DNA of 64,000 nt from Polyangiales bacterium (lineage in GTDB: Bacteria > Myxococcota_A > Polyangia > Polyangiales > Polyangiaceae): contig JBBRLQ010000028.1 in the NCBI GenBank assembly GCA_038231275.1, positions 32,001 through 96,000 on the forward strand, read 5' to 3'. Below the pieces are notes generated by a model. It did not search any database, had not been told where the DNA came from, and worked only from the letters and a program-made list of their open reading frames with translations. The first letter of the stretch is position 1; every line of letters begins with the position of its first letter. Positions 21,056 to 30,982 of the stretch are shown here, piece after piece. Position numbers and translations under genes: made by a program.

Positions 21056-21478
21056 CTACGCCGCGCGCCAGAAGACGCGATCGACGATCGCGTAGGAGAT
21101 CCCTCCGGCGCCGCGCGCGACGACGTGGACGACGTAGTCGCCGACCTTTGCGTGCTGCCCGACGTCGAGCAGCCACTGCGCCGCGCGCGTCCCGATCGCG
21201 AGGAGCCCCGCGCCGAACGGTTGCCGTTGCGAGACCGCCGCCCGCACTTCGAGGCCTCCGAGCTGGTGCACCGCCGCCTGCCGCAGCTCGATGCCTACAA
21301 TTACCCACACGTGCCCGCCCTCCGAGACGGTCACGGCGTCGCCGTTGCGCGTGACCCGAACGCGGCGATCCAGGAGGTTGCCGAGCGTCACCGCGGTGGG
21401 AAGCGCGTCCCGAAGCACGCGAAGATCGGAGATCTCGTCGCTCGAGGCGCCTTCGGCACGGGGCGGGGTCAATAGCAT
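21056..21478 (-). CDS. Hypothetical protein
   Basis: ATG-started ORF with normal amino-acid composition filling an intergenic gap; no recognised motif. Confidence 0.4.
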   Translation of the reverse strand: MLLTPPRAEGASSDEISDLRVLRDALPTAVTLGNLLDRRVRVTRNGDAVTVSEGGHVWVIVGIELRQAAVHQLGGLEVRAAVSQRQPFGAGLLAIGTRAAQWLLDVGQHAKVGDYVVHVVARGAGGISYAIVDRVFWRAA

Positions 21479-21558
21479 TTGCTTCTCTCGGCTCGTCCTT
21501 GGAACACGCGATCGCGTCGCGTACTTCCCTGGAACACGCCAGCTGCCCCCCGGGTTGG

Positions 21559-21587
21559 TTGACGAAAATCCGGCGCTCGACTATCCC
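21559..21587 (+). promoter_or_regulatory. Putative sigma-70 promoter for yajC-secDF
   Basis: TTGACG-N17-TATCCC in an AT-richer intergenic region. Confidence 0.4.
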
Positions 21588-21725
21588 GAGCGGCCCCAGC
21601 GGCCATCCGTTCTGCGGCCGACGGCCTCGACCTGGACGCTTTCCCAAAAAGCGCCTCAAAGAGCGCGGATTCCCCCAATAAATTCAAAACGTAAGCGTCG
21701 CGGGCCGTGACGCACGAGGTACGAC

Positions 21726-22142
21726 GTGTCCTTTGCCTTCCAAAAAGTAGAACCGAAGGGATCTCCGGGAGTCGCGCAGCCCGACGGCGCCAGCCCGCCG
21801 AGCGGAGGCAGCTCGGCCGGCGGCGGCCTGAGCATGCTCTTCCCGCTGCTCATCATGGTGCCCTTCCTCTTCTTGATGTTCCGGCGTCAGAAGAAGGAGC
21901 AAGCGGCGCGCTCCAGCTTGAAGAAGGGAGACACCGTCGTCTCGCAGAGCGGCCTCGTCGGCGAGCTCATGGAGATGGACGAGAAGCTCGCGAAGGTGAA
22001 GATCGCCCCCGGCACCACCGTCCGCATGCTCGTCACCTCGATCTCGCCCATGGTCACCGAGGCCGACAAGAAGGCCGCCGACGCCGCCAACAAAGACCTG
22101 AAAGACCTGAAGGACGCGAAGGTCGCTGCGGAGAAGAAATAG
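21726..22142 (+). CDS. yajC: Preprotein translocase subunit YajC
   Basis: TM followed by RRQKKEQ..SLKKGDTVVSQSGLVG; directly upstream of secD. Confidence 0.92.
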   Translation: MSFAFQKVEPKGSPGVAQPDGASPPSGGSSAGGGLSMLFPLLIMVPFLFLMFRRQKKEQAARSSLKKGDTVVSQSGLVGELMEMDEKLAKVKIAPGTTVRMLVTSISPMVTEADKKAADAANKDLKDLKDAKVAAEKK

Positions 22143-24200
22143 ATGCCTGCCTCGCGGCGCAACGCGCTCGTGCTCGCTCTGGGCGCGATCGTGTGCGGAT
22201 TCCTCTTTTACAAGGCCGACTCGTTCTGGGGCGTCATCACCTGCGGCCTCGTCAGCCTCTGGGCGGCCATCGGCGCGCTGCCCGTCATGGACGGCGGCTG
22301 GCGCTTCAAGACCGGCCTCGCCATGGTCACGCTCATCGGCGGCTCCATCATCTTGTGGCCCACCATCGAGTCGATGAGCGGCGGCCGCGCGAAGTGCCCG
22401 GCCTACTTCAAGGACAACATCAAGTTCGGCATCGTCAAAGGCCTGGATCTCCAGGGCGGTATGCGCCTCGTTTACACGGTGGAGGTCGAGGAGGCGATCC
22501 GCGACAAGCGTGACCGCTTCGCCGACGAGATGCGGCAAGAGCTCGCCATCTCGTACAAGTTCCACTCGGGCGACGGCGTCATCACGCGCGACGCCGCCAA
22601 CAAGCTAGAGGAGAAGGTCCACGTCTCCCTCCCGGAGTCGGCGGTCATCAAGGTCAAGTTCACCGACCCGGCCGACATCGCCAAGATCGACGATCGCTTC
22701 AACAAGAAGTTCGGCACCGAGATGGCGCAGCAGCGCTCGGCGACGCCCGGCGAGGTCTCGTTCAAGATCCGCGGCGAGGTCGAGACCCAGATCCGCGAGC
22801 GCGCCGTCGCGCAGGCGAAGGACACGGTCAGCAAGCGCGTCGACGAGATGGGCCTCCGCGAGGCGAGCGTCACGATCCGCGACGAGGACATCATCATCGA
22901 GGTCCCCGGTCAGGATCAGAAGGCGTTCGACGACATCAAGGAGATCATCCGCAAGACCGCCCGCCTCGAGTTCAAGATGGTGGACGACGAGGGCGCGGGG
23001 AAGTTCTTCAACATCCCCGAGAGCCAGGTGACCGCCGTCGAGAAGGAAGGCATCTCGATCTTTTTCGAGCAGGCTCCCAACGGCCCCGGAAAATCGGTCG
23101 AGAAGGCCTACTACGCCATCATCAACCGCCGAAACGACGACAAGGGAAACTTCACCGAGTCGCTCACCGACACGCTGAAGCGCTTCAAGGCGTGGACCGC
23201 CACGCTGAACGTGTCCGACGATCACCAGATCGGGTACGCGATCCGCACCGAGAATACGACCGACGACGTCACGGGCGCCGTCGAGACGAAAGAGGTCGGC
23301 TGGCGCACGTACTACCTCTTCTCGCGCGCCGAGGTGACGGGCGACTACATCACCGACGCCATGGTCTCCCAGGACACCAACCAAGGCATGGGCGGCTACT
23401 ACGTCGGCATCACGTTCAGCCCGGCCGGCGCCGATCGCTTCGAGGAGATCACCGGCGCGAACATCCAAAAGCGCTTCGCGATCATCTTGGACGACACGAT
23501 CGACTCGGCGCCCGTCATCAAGTCGAAGATCGCCGGCGGCCGCGCGAGCATCACGCTCGGCGCGGGCGATCCGGAGACGCAGCTCGCCAACGCACGGAAG
23601 CTCGAGCTCGTGCTCCGCTCCGGCGCGCTGCCTGCGCCGATCACGCCGTCGAACGAGTCGATGATCGGCCCGAGCCTCGGCAAGGACGCGATTCAGCAGG
23701 CCGTGAAGGGCATGCTCGTCGGCAGCTCGCTCGTCCTCGCGTTCATGATGTTCTACTACCGGAAGAGCGGGATCGTCGCGGACCTGGCGGTCCTCTTCAA
23801 CCTGTTCCTCCAGATGGCGATCCTCGCGTCGTTCTCGGCGACGATGACCGTCCCGGGAATCGCCGGCCTCGCGCTGACGCTCGGCATGAGCGTCGACGTG
23901 AACGTGCTCATCAACGAGCGCATTCGTGAGGAGCTCCGCGCCGGCCGCAGCATCCGCGCCGCCGTCGACGCCGGGTACGACAAGGCGTTCTCGTCGATCT
24001 TGGACGGCCACGTCACCGTCTTCATCTCGGGCCTCATCCTCGCGCAGTACGGCTCGGGCCCGGTCAAGGGCTTCGCAGTGACGCTGATCGTCGGCATCAT
24101 CTGCAGCCTCTTCACCGGTGTATTCTGCACACGCCTCGTCTTCGAGTGGTGGGTGCGTCACGCGAAGGTCAAGCGCCTCTCGGTCGGAGCGGAGTTTTAG
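22143..24200 (+). CDS. secD: Protein translocase subunit SecD
   Basis: GLDLQGG, LRSGALPAP, IGPSLG, PGIAGLALTLGMSVDVNVLINERIREE, VKGFAVTL. Confidence 0.97.
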   Translation: MPASRRNALVLALGAIVCGFLFYKADSFWGVITCGLVSLWAAIGALPVMDGGWRFKTGLAMVTLIGGSIILWPTIESMSGGRAKCPAYFKDNIKFGIVKGLDLQGGMRLVYTVEVEEAIRDKRDRFADEMRQELAISYKFHSGDGVITRDAANKLEEKVHVSLPESAVIKVKFTDPADIAKIDDRFNKKFGTEMAQQRSATPGEVSFKIRGEVETQIRERAVAQAKDTVSKRVDEMGLREASVTIRDEDIIIEVPGQDQKAFDDIKEIIRKTARLEFKMVDDEGAGKFFNIPESQVTAVEKEGISIFFEQAPNGPGKSVEKAYYAIINRRNDDKGNFTESLTDTLKRFKAWTATLNVSDDHQIGYAIRTENTTDDVTGAVETKEVGWRTYYLFSRAEVTGDYITDAMVSQDTNQGMGGYYVGITFSPAGADRFEEITGANIQKRFAIILDDTIDSAPVIKSKIAGGRASITLGAGDPETQLANARKLELVLRSGALPAPITPSNESMIGPSLGKDAIQQAVKGMLVGSSLVLAFMMFYYRKSGIVADLAVLFNLFLQMAILASFSATMTVPGIAGLALTLGMSVDVNVLINERIREELRAGRSIRAAVDAGYDKAFSSILDGHVTVFISGLILAQYGSGPVKGFAVTLIVGIICSLFTGVFCTRLVFEWWVRHAKVKRLSVGAEF

Positions 24201-24202
24201 TC

Positions 24203-25453
24203 ATGGAGTTGTTCAAGCCAGGTCGGCAGTTCGACTTCATGGCGCAGCGGTGGTTCTGGATCCCGCTGTCCCTCGCCCTCGTCGCCATCTCCACCGCGTT
24301 CTCGTTCTGGCCGGAGACGGTGTGGCCGTACGGCCCCAACTACGGGACCGACTTCCGCGGCGGGACCGAGATCGAGGTCGCGTTCGCCAAGCCCTTGAGC
24401 TTCGAGGGGCAAGAGGGAGCTGCCGCGCTCCGCCGCGCCGTCGAGGCGAGCGGGTTCTCGACGCCGGATGTCGTGCAGGTCGGCGACAACGCGAAGAACC
24501 AGTTCCTCGTCCGCGTGCAGGACGTCAGCGTCATCGCCGAGAGCGCGAAGGACTTGGTCAAGAAGGCGCTGTGCCTCACCACCGACTCCAAGGCGCCCGT
24601 GGGCGACGAGGCGGCGTGCCCGGTTCGCGCGCGCGCGACCGAGGTGAAGTTCAGCGCCGGCGGCGACAAGGTGGCGACGCGCTACGACTCCGATCCCGAT
24701 CTCGAGAAGGTGAAGGCGCAGCTCCAGTCGGTGCCCGGCGTCCGCCTGCGCGCCAGCCCCACCAACCCCCAGGTCACCAACCAGCGCGACCATCGCGTCG
24801 AGATCCAGCTCGAGAGCAAGGGCGACCAGCTCTTGAACTCGCTCCGCAGCAAGCTCGGCGACGCCGTCCCCGACCACGCGCTCCGCGTGGAGTGGGTCGG
24901 CCCCAAAGCGGGAAAGCAGCTCCGCGACAGCGCACGAAACTCGGTCGCCATCGCGATCGTCTTCATCATGCTCTACCTCGCGTTCCGCTTCGACCTGCGG
25001 TTCGCGCCCGGCGTCGTCATCGCGTGCATCCACGACGCGATGGTGGTCATCGGCATGTTCATCGTCCTCCACAAGGAGATCACGCTGAGCACCATCGCCG
25101 TCGTCCTCACGATCGTCGGCTATTCGATGAACGACACCGTCGTCATCTACGACCGAATCCGCGAGAACCTCGGCAAGCACCGCGGCAAGACGTTCGCGCA
25201 GATCATCAACATGAGCGTCAGCGAGACTCTCTCGCGCACCATCCTGACCTCAGGCGCGACGATGCTGTCGGTCCTCGCGTTCTTCATCTGGGGAACCGGC
25301 GTCATCAAGGACTTCGCGCTCGGCATGGTCATCGGCATCGTGGCCGGCACCTACTCGAGCATCTACGTGGCCGCGCCGCTCACCGAGTGGATCGACAAGA
25401 AGATGTCGAGGACGAGCGACGTGAAGAAGAGGCTCGAATCCCCAAAAGGCTGA
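24203..25453 (+). CDS. secF: Protein translocase subunit SecF
   Basis: GTDFRGGT, VGPKAG, GYSMNDTVVIYDRIREN, GTYSSIYVA. Confidence 0.97.
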   Translation: MELFKPGRQFDFMAQRWFWIPLSLALVAISTAFSFWPETVWPYGPNYGTDFRGGTEIEVAFAKPLSFEGQEGAAALRRAVEASGFSTPDVVQVGDNAKNQFLVRVQDVSVIAESAKDLVKKALCLTTDSKAPVGDEAACPVRARATEVKFSAGGDKVATRYDSDPDLEKVKAQLQSVPGVRLRASPTNPQVTNQRDHRVEIQLESKGDQLLNSLRSKLGDAVPDHALRVEWVGPKAGKQLRDSARNSVAIAIVFIMLYLAFRFDLRFAPGVVIACIHDAMVVIGMFIVLHKEITLSTIAVVLTIVGYSMNDTVVIYDRIRENLGKHRGKTFAQIINMSVSETLSRTILTSGATMLSVLAFFIWGTGVIKDFALGMVIGIVAGTYSSIYVAAPLTEWIDKKMSRTSDVKKRLESPKG

Positions 25454-25555
25454 CGCCGCGCCTCGGCGCGGCACCCTGAGAGCCTCTCTGCTGCTTGCAC
25501 GTCGATCTCATCCGTTGTAGACCCCGGGCGCCCCGAAGGGGACTGGGGGTCTGCC

Positions 25556-25852
25556 ATGAGTATCCGTACGTCTGCCTCGCTGGTCGCGCTCGTTCTGCTC
25601 GGTGCCACCGCGTCGTTCGCGGCTACGCAGCGCCGCGTCGCGGGGATCATCACGCACGTCGAGGCGGCGAAGCTGTCCATCACGCCGATGCACGCCAAGA
25701 CCGCCGTGACGGGGCGCCTGGTGCCTGGCAGGACCGTGGTGCTCGTCGATGGCCACTCGGCGCAGATTGCAGACCTGAAGGTCGCGTGCGACGCGAAAGC
25801 GGAGCTCGGCCTCGACGACGCCTGGATCTCGGTACGCGCCGACTCGCAGTGA
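25556..25852 (+). CDS. Small secreted hypothetical protein (OB-fold-like)
   Basis: Signal peptide ending ASFA; beta-rich mature region. Confidence 0.5.
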   Translation: MSIRTSASLVALVLLGATASFAATQRRVAGIITHVEAAKLSITPMHAKTAVTGRLVPGRTVVLVDGHSAQIADLKVACDAKAELGLDDAWISVRADSQ

Positions 25853-25871
25853 TAACCTCCGACGCGGTGGG

Positions 25872-26681
25872 ATGAAGCACGAGCACGTCAAGACGCCCAA
25901 GGGTGAGGTGCTCATCTCCTTCCGGGGAGTGAAGAAGTCGTTCGGGCCCAAGGTCATCTACACCGACCTGAACCTCGACATCCGCCGCGGTGAGACGACG
26001 ACCATCCTCGGAGCGTCGGGCAGCGGCAAGAGCGTCATGCTCAAGATGCTCATCGGTCTCCTCACGGTCGACGCAGGAGAGATCATCTTCGACGGCGCGG
26101 ACGTGTCGAAATACGACGAGCACCAGATGATCGACGTTCGCCGTCGCGTCGCGTACCTGTTCCAGGGCGCCGCGCTCTTCGACTCGCTCGACGTCGGCGA
26201 GAACGTCGCGTACGGCCTGCGCGAGCAGTACTGGAACACGATGACCGACGCCGAGATCCGCGCGCGCGTGTCGCAGTCACTCGGGCTCGTGGGACTGCCG
26301 GGCATCGAGCAGATGCGCCCCAGCGATCTCTCCGGAGGCATGAAGAAGCGCGTCGGCCTCGCGCGCACGCTCGCGCTTCAGCCCGAGGTGCTCCTCTACG
26401 ACGAGCCGACCACCGGTCTCGATCCGATCAACACGGCGCGCATCAACCACCTCATCAACGGCATCAAGCGCGCCCTGGGCCTCACCAGCATCGTCGTCAC
26501 GCACGACATGGGTACCGCGTTCACCGTCTCCGACCGCCTCGCGATGATCGGCCGCGGGCGCGTGCTGATGAGCGCGCCCAAGGACGAGTTCAAGAGCACG
26601 CAAGACAAGTACGTCCGCGACTTCATCGACGGCCATGCGCCGGAAACCGAGGACGTCGACTCGCTGCTCTCCACGTCGTGA
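25872..26681 (+). CDS. mlaF: MlaF/Mkl-family ABC ATPase
   Basis: GASGSGKS, LFQGAALFDSL, PSDLSGGMKKRVGLAR, YDEPTTGLDP. Confidence 0.88.
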   Translation: MKHEHVKTPKGEVLISFRGVKKSFGPKVIYTDLNLDIRRGETTTILGASGSGKSVMLKMLIGLLTVDAGEIIFDGADVSKYDEHQMIDVRRRVAYLFQGAALFDSLDVGENVAYGLREQYWNTMTDAEIRARVSQSLGLVGLPGIEQMRPSDLSGGMKKRVGLARTLALQPEVLLYDEPTTGLDPINTARINHLINGIKRALGLTSIVVTHDMGTAFTVSDRLAMIGRGRVLMSAPKDEFKSTQDKYVRDFIDGHAPETEDVDSLLSTS

Positions 26682-26745
26682 GCCATTTTCGCGCGCGCCT
26701 CACGCCGCGCTGGAATGCGCGGCGGTTTTCAGGTCAAAAGGAGAG

Positions 26746-27717
26746 ATGAGCCTTTCTTCGTACAAGCCCCGGGTCGCCGCGGCGTCGGTCGCGTGGCTCG
26801 CGTGTGGCCTCGCGGTCGCGTGCTCGTCGAGCTCGTCCACGGACACGCCGGGCGCCGACGCGTCGGTCCCGCCGCACGACGCGACGACCGGCGCCGACAC
26901 GAACGCGCCCGCCGACCAGGCCGCGCCTGACGCGGGCGGGGGCGACGACGCATCGGACGGTGCGGCGACGGCGAACCCCGCGCACGTTGGGTTTTTCTCG
27001 TTCAAGCAGTTCGAGGCCCCGCGGTGGGATTTCGGCGGAGGCTTCGTCTCGAACGAACCGACGCCGCCGCCGAACCCCTACTACACCTGCACCACGTCGA
27101 CGGCGGGCGAATGCACGCTCTCGATCTGCACGCCCATCGACGGCGGTCCACCACCACCTCCTCCTCCGCTCCTCGTCTTGGTGAACCCGGGCGACATCAC
27201 CGTCACCGGTGGCACCATCCCGGCAGGGACCAAGCTGGCGGCGGTGGACGGCGGCGGCAACGGGAGCTCGGTGGGCGCCGCAGGCGTCGTGGTCGTCAAC
27301 GGGGACGTGATCCGCGTGTCGGCGCCTGGCAGCGCGGATGTTCCCGCTTTCGCGCTCTCGATCGTCGCGAACCCGACGTACACCGTCACGAACCCCGCCT
27401 GCGACGCGGGGACCTGCCCTGGTGTCGACCGCACGAAAGACTACGTCTTCACCTGGACGGGCCTCGCCCAGGGCACGCTGCAGGTCGCGTTCGCCTACGT
27501 GAACGGGCCACCGCTCGACCGCATCGTCTGCAATTTCCCGGGGGCGGCGGGGCAGGGGACCATTCCGTCTTCGCTGCTCACGCAGTTCCCCGGCACCGCG
27601 GGCATCCAGCTCGAGGCGGTCTCGAAGAACGTGACCCGCGCGGTGGTCGGCGACTACGGCACGACGATCGACTTCACCGGCAACTACTTCGACAGGGTCT
27701 TGCCGATCGTCAACTGA
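26746..27717 (+). CDS. Hypothetical lipoprotein
   Basis: Lipobox LAVAC, Asp/Ala/Gly linker, Cys-containing beta domain. Confidence 0.75.
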   Translation: MSLSSYKPRVAAASVAWLACGLAVACSSSSSTDTPGADASVPPHDATTGADTNAPADQAAPDAGGGDDASDGAATANPAHVGFFSFKQFEAPRWDFGGGFVSNEPTPPPNPYYTCTTSTAGECTLSICTPIDGGPPPPPPPLLVLVNPGDITVTGGTIPAGTKLAAVDGGGNGSSVGAAGVVVVNGDVIRVSAPGSADVPAFALSIVANPTYTVTNPACDAGTCPGVDRTKDYVFTWTGLAQGTLQVAFAYVNGPPLDRIVCNFPGAAGQGTIPSSLLTQFPGTAGIQLEAVSKNVTRAVVGDYGTTIDFTGNYFDRVLPIVN

Positions 27718-30700
27718 CGACGTCGATCCCGCAGACCTCGGCGATTGGGCGACCGGTGCGGATCGCCCGTTTGAGCTGCGCGTAACGCCAATAGGTGTAA
27801 ATTACAGGTATGAGCTCGAGCGTCAGAAACGCGCTCGAGAGGAGCCCGCCCACCATCGGCGCGGCGATGCGCTTCATCACGTCGGAGCCGCTGCCGGTCG
27901 CCCACAAGAGCGGCACGAGGCCGATGAGCATGGTGCCCACCGTCATCAGCTTCGGGCGAACGCGGAGGACGGTGCCCTCGGTGTGGGCGTGGAGGATGTC
28001 GTCGAGCGTCGCGAGCTTGCCGGCGCGCACGCGTCGCGCGAACGCGTGGTCGATGTACACGATCATGACCACGCCGGTCTGCGCCGCGAGGCCGACCAGC
28101 GCGATGACGCCGACCATCACCGCCGTCGAGATGCGGTAGTCGAGGAGGTAGAGGAGCCACACGCTCCCCACGAGCGCGAACGGGATCGACAGGAAGACGA
28201 TGAGGACCTCCGTGAGCTTCTTGAACTGCAGGTAGAGGAGCAAGGCGACGCCCGCCAAGGTCAGCGGGATCAGGATCTTCATCCGGGCGCGCATTCCCTC
28301 GAGGAGCTCGTACTGCCCGGTCCACGCGAGGTGCATTCCCGTGCCGACCGTGACCTCTCCGCGCGCGCGCGCCGCGTCGACCGCCGCTTTGGCCCCCTCG
28401 ACGTAACCGCCGAGATCGCGCGATGGATCGACGTCGACGTACACGTACCCCACGAGGAGCCCGGCTTCGTCGCGCAGCATCGGCGGGCCCTCCACGATCG
28501 CCACGTCCGCGAGCTCTCCCAGCGGCAACGCGCGCCCGGCTTGCCGCAGCGGCACGAGCACCCGCCTCAGTTGCTCGGGGCTCGCGCGGAAATCCTCCTT
28601 GTAGCGGACGTTGACGGTGAACCGGCGGCGCCCCTCGACGGTCGTGGTGACGGGCTCGCCGCCGATCGCCTGCTCCACGATGGCGTTCACGTCGTCGACG
28701 GTCAGCCCGTACCGTGCGAGCGCGTCGCGACGCGGCGTGACGTCGACGTAGCTCCCGCCGAGCGACCGCTCGTACAGCACGCTGCGTGTGCCGGGCACCG
28801 CCCGCAGCGCGGCCTCCAGCTCGCGCCCCGTCTTCTCGATCGCGGGCAAATCCGGCCCGAGCACCTTGATCCCGACCGGGGTGCGCACGCCCGTGGTCAG
28901 CATGTCTACGCGCGTCTTGATCGGCATCGTCCATGCGTTCGTCCACCCGGGCAGATCGAGGTGCGCGTTCATCTTCTGCACGAGCTCGTCCCACGTCTCC
29001 GGCTGCTCCTCCGGCCAGAGCGCGCCGAGCGGGCGTTTCATCCACGACGGCGCCCACCCCGAGTACCAGCGATCGTGGTGCACGCGCGGCCACTCCTCCG
29101 GCGGCTTCAGCGCGACGATCGTCTCGACCATCGAGAGCGGCGCGGGATCGGTCGGCGACTCCGCGCGCCCCGCCTTGCCGAACACGCTCTTCACCTCGGG
29201 CAACGACGCGAGCAGACGATCTTGCCGCTCCAGCTGACGCTTCGCCTCTTCGATCGAGATGTTGGGGAGGGTCGTCGGCATGTAGAGCACGTCGCCCTCG
29301 TTGAGGGGCGGCATGAACTCGCTCCCGAGCTTCAGGAGCGGCGGGATCGCCGAGAGCAGCGCGAAGACACCGATGAGCAGCGTCGTCCACGGTCGACGGA
29401 GCGCGACGTACACGAAGGGGCGATACACCGACACGATCGCGCGCGACACCGGATGGTCGGCCTCGCGGCGAATCTTCCCGCGGAGGAGCGCGTCGCGCAG
29501 GGCCGGCGCGAGCGTGATGCTGAGGATCGCCGCGCCGAGCATCACGAACGTCTTCGTGTACGCAAGCGGCTTGAAGAGGCGGCCAGCCTGCCCGTTCAGG
29601 CCGAAAATAGGCACGAAGGAGATCGCGATGATGAGGAGCGAGAAGAAGATCGCCGGCGTCACCTCGCGCGCGGCGTCGTGGAGGAGCTTCGAGCGCGCGG
29701 CGGGCGAGATGTCCTTCGGCGCGTCCTCGAGCTTCTTGTGGCAGGCCTCGATCATCACGATCTCGGCGTCGACGGTGGCGCCGATCGCGATCGCGATGCC
29801 GCCGAGGCTCATGATCGTGGCGGGGATCCCGAGCAGGTACATCGGGATGAACGAGAAGAGGACGGCGAGGGGCAACGTCACGATGGGGAGGAGCGCGCTC
29901 CGGACGTGCAAGAGGAAGAGGAGGATGACGAGGGCGACGACGATCATCTCCTCGCCGAGGGCACGCCGCAGCGTCGAGATGGCGCGCTCGATCAGGTTCG
30001 AGCGATCGTAAGCCGTCGCGATCTCGACGCCGGGCGGCAGCGACGCCTGGAGCTCGGCGAGCCTCGTCTTCACGCGCCCGATGACGTCGAGCGCGTTCTC
30101 GCCGTAGCGCGCGATGACGATGGCCCCGACCGTCTCGCCCGCGCCGTTCCAGTCTGCGACGCCGCGCCGGATCTCACCGCCGACTTGCACCGTCCCCACG
30201 TCGGCGACCGTCACCGGAGTCCCACCTGGCGCCGCACGAAGCGCGACCTTGCCGACGTCGGTGACCCCCTGGAGGTACGCGCGGCCGCGGACCACGTACT
30301 CGCGCCCGCTCATTTCGAGGAGGCGCCCGCCCACTTCGCCGTTCGATTTGCGGATGGCGTCGGCGACGTCGGCGACGGTCATGCCGTACGCGCGCATCTT
30401 CTCGGGATCCAAGGTGACCTGGTACTGCCGCTCGTAGCCGCCAACGCTGGCGACCTCCGCGACGCCGGGGACGCTCTCGAGGGCGTAGCGGAGGGTGAAG
30501 TCCTGGATGGCGCGGAGCTCGCCGAGATCGTGCTTGCCGGACCGGTCGACGAGCGCGTACTCGAAGACCCAGCCGATGCCAGTCGCGTCGGGGCCGAGGA
30601 CCGGGGACGCTGCGGGAGGCAATTTTGCCTTGATGCCGCTCAAGTACTCGAGGACGCGCGAGCGCGCCCAGTACACGTCGGTGCCCTCCTCGAAGAGCAC

Positions 30701-30982
30701 GTAGACGAAGCTCATCCCGAACATCGACGTGCCGCGCACCGCGGTCACCTTGGGCGCGGCGAGGAGGGCGCTCGCGATCGGGTAGGTGACCTGGTCCTCC
30801 ACGATCGTCGGTGACTGGCCCTTCAGCTCGGTGAAGACGATGACCTGGGCGTCCGACAGATCGGGGATCGCGTCGAGGGTCACGCTCCGCATCGCGTTGA
30901 CGCCGAAGAGGACGAGCACGCCGTACGCGAGGAAGACGAGGCCGCGGTGCTTGGCGGACAAGGAGAGAATGCGTTCGATCAT
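27710..30982 (-). CDS. cusA: CusA/CzcA heavy-metal RND permease
   Basis: LDAIPDLSDAQV, YWARSRVLEYL, GPDATG, GSEFMPPL, RVRPKLMT, MKRIAAPMVGG. Confidence 0.93.
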   Translation of the reverse strand: MIERILSLSAKHRGLVFLAYGVLVLFGVNAMRSVTLDAIPDLSDAQVIVFTELKGQSPTIVEDQVTYPIASALLAAPKVTAVRGTSMFGMSFVYVLFEEGTDVYWARSRVLEYLSGIKAKLPPAASPVLGPDATGIGWVFEYALVDRSGKHDLGELRAIQDFTLRYALESVPGVAEVASVGGYERQYQVTLDPEKMRAYGMTVADVADAIRKSNGEVGGRLLEMSGREYVVRGRAYLQGVTDVGKVALRAAPGGTPVTVADVGTVQVGGEIRRGVADWNGAGETVGAIVIARYGENALDVIGRVKTRLAELQASLPPGVEIATAYDRSNLIERAISTLRRALGEEMIVVALVILLFLLHVRSALLPIVTLPLAVLFSFIPMYLLGIPATIMSLGGIAIAIGATVDAEIVMIEACHKKLEDAPKDISPAARSKLLHDAAREVTPAIFFSLLIIAISFVPIFGLNGQAGRLFKPLAYTKTFVMLGAAILSITLAPALRDALLRGKIRREADHPVSRAIVSVYRPFVYVALRRPWTTLLIGVFALLSAIPPLLKLGSEFMPPLNEGDVLYMPTTLPNISIEEAKRQLERQDRLLASLPEVKSVFGKAGRAESPTDPAPLSMVETIVALKPPEEWPRVHHDRWYSGWAPSWMKRPLGALWPEEQPETWDELVQKMNAHLDLPGWTNAWTMPIKTRVDMLTTGVRTPVGIKVLGPDLPAIEKTGRELEAALRAVPGTRSVLYERSLGGSYVDVTPRRDALARYGLTVDDVNAIVEQAIGGEPVTTTVEGRRRFTVNVRYKEDFRASPEQLRRVLVPLRQAGRALPLGELADVAIVEGPPMLRDEAGLLVGYVYVDVDPSRDLGGYVEGAKAAVDAARARGEVTVGTGMHLAWTGQYELLEGMRARMKILIPLTLAGVALLLYLQFKKLTEVLIVFLSIPFALVGSVWLLYLLDYRISTAVMVGVIALVGLAAQTGVVMIVYIDHAFARRVRAGKLATLDDILHAHTEGTVLRVRPKLMTVGTMLIGLVPLLWATGSGSDVMKRIAAPMVGGLLSSAFLTLELIPVIYTYWRYAQLKRAIRTGRPIAEVCGIDVVS

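Noticed and set aside
25521..25550. GC hairpin (CCCC-GAA-GGGG) after secF as a terminator or riboswitch
   Set aside because: Short imperfect stem, no U-tract and no recognisable aptamer.
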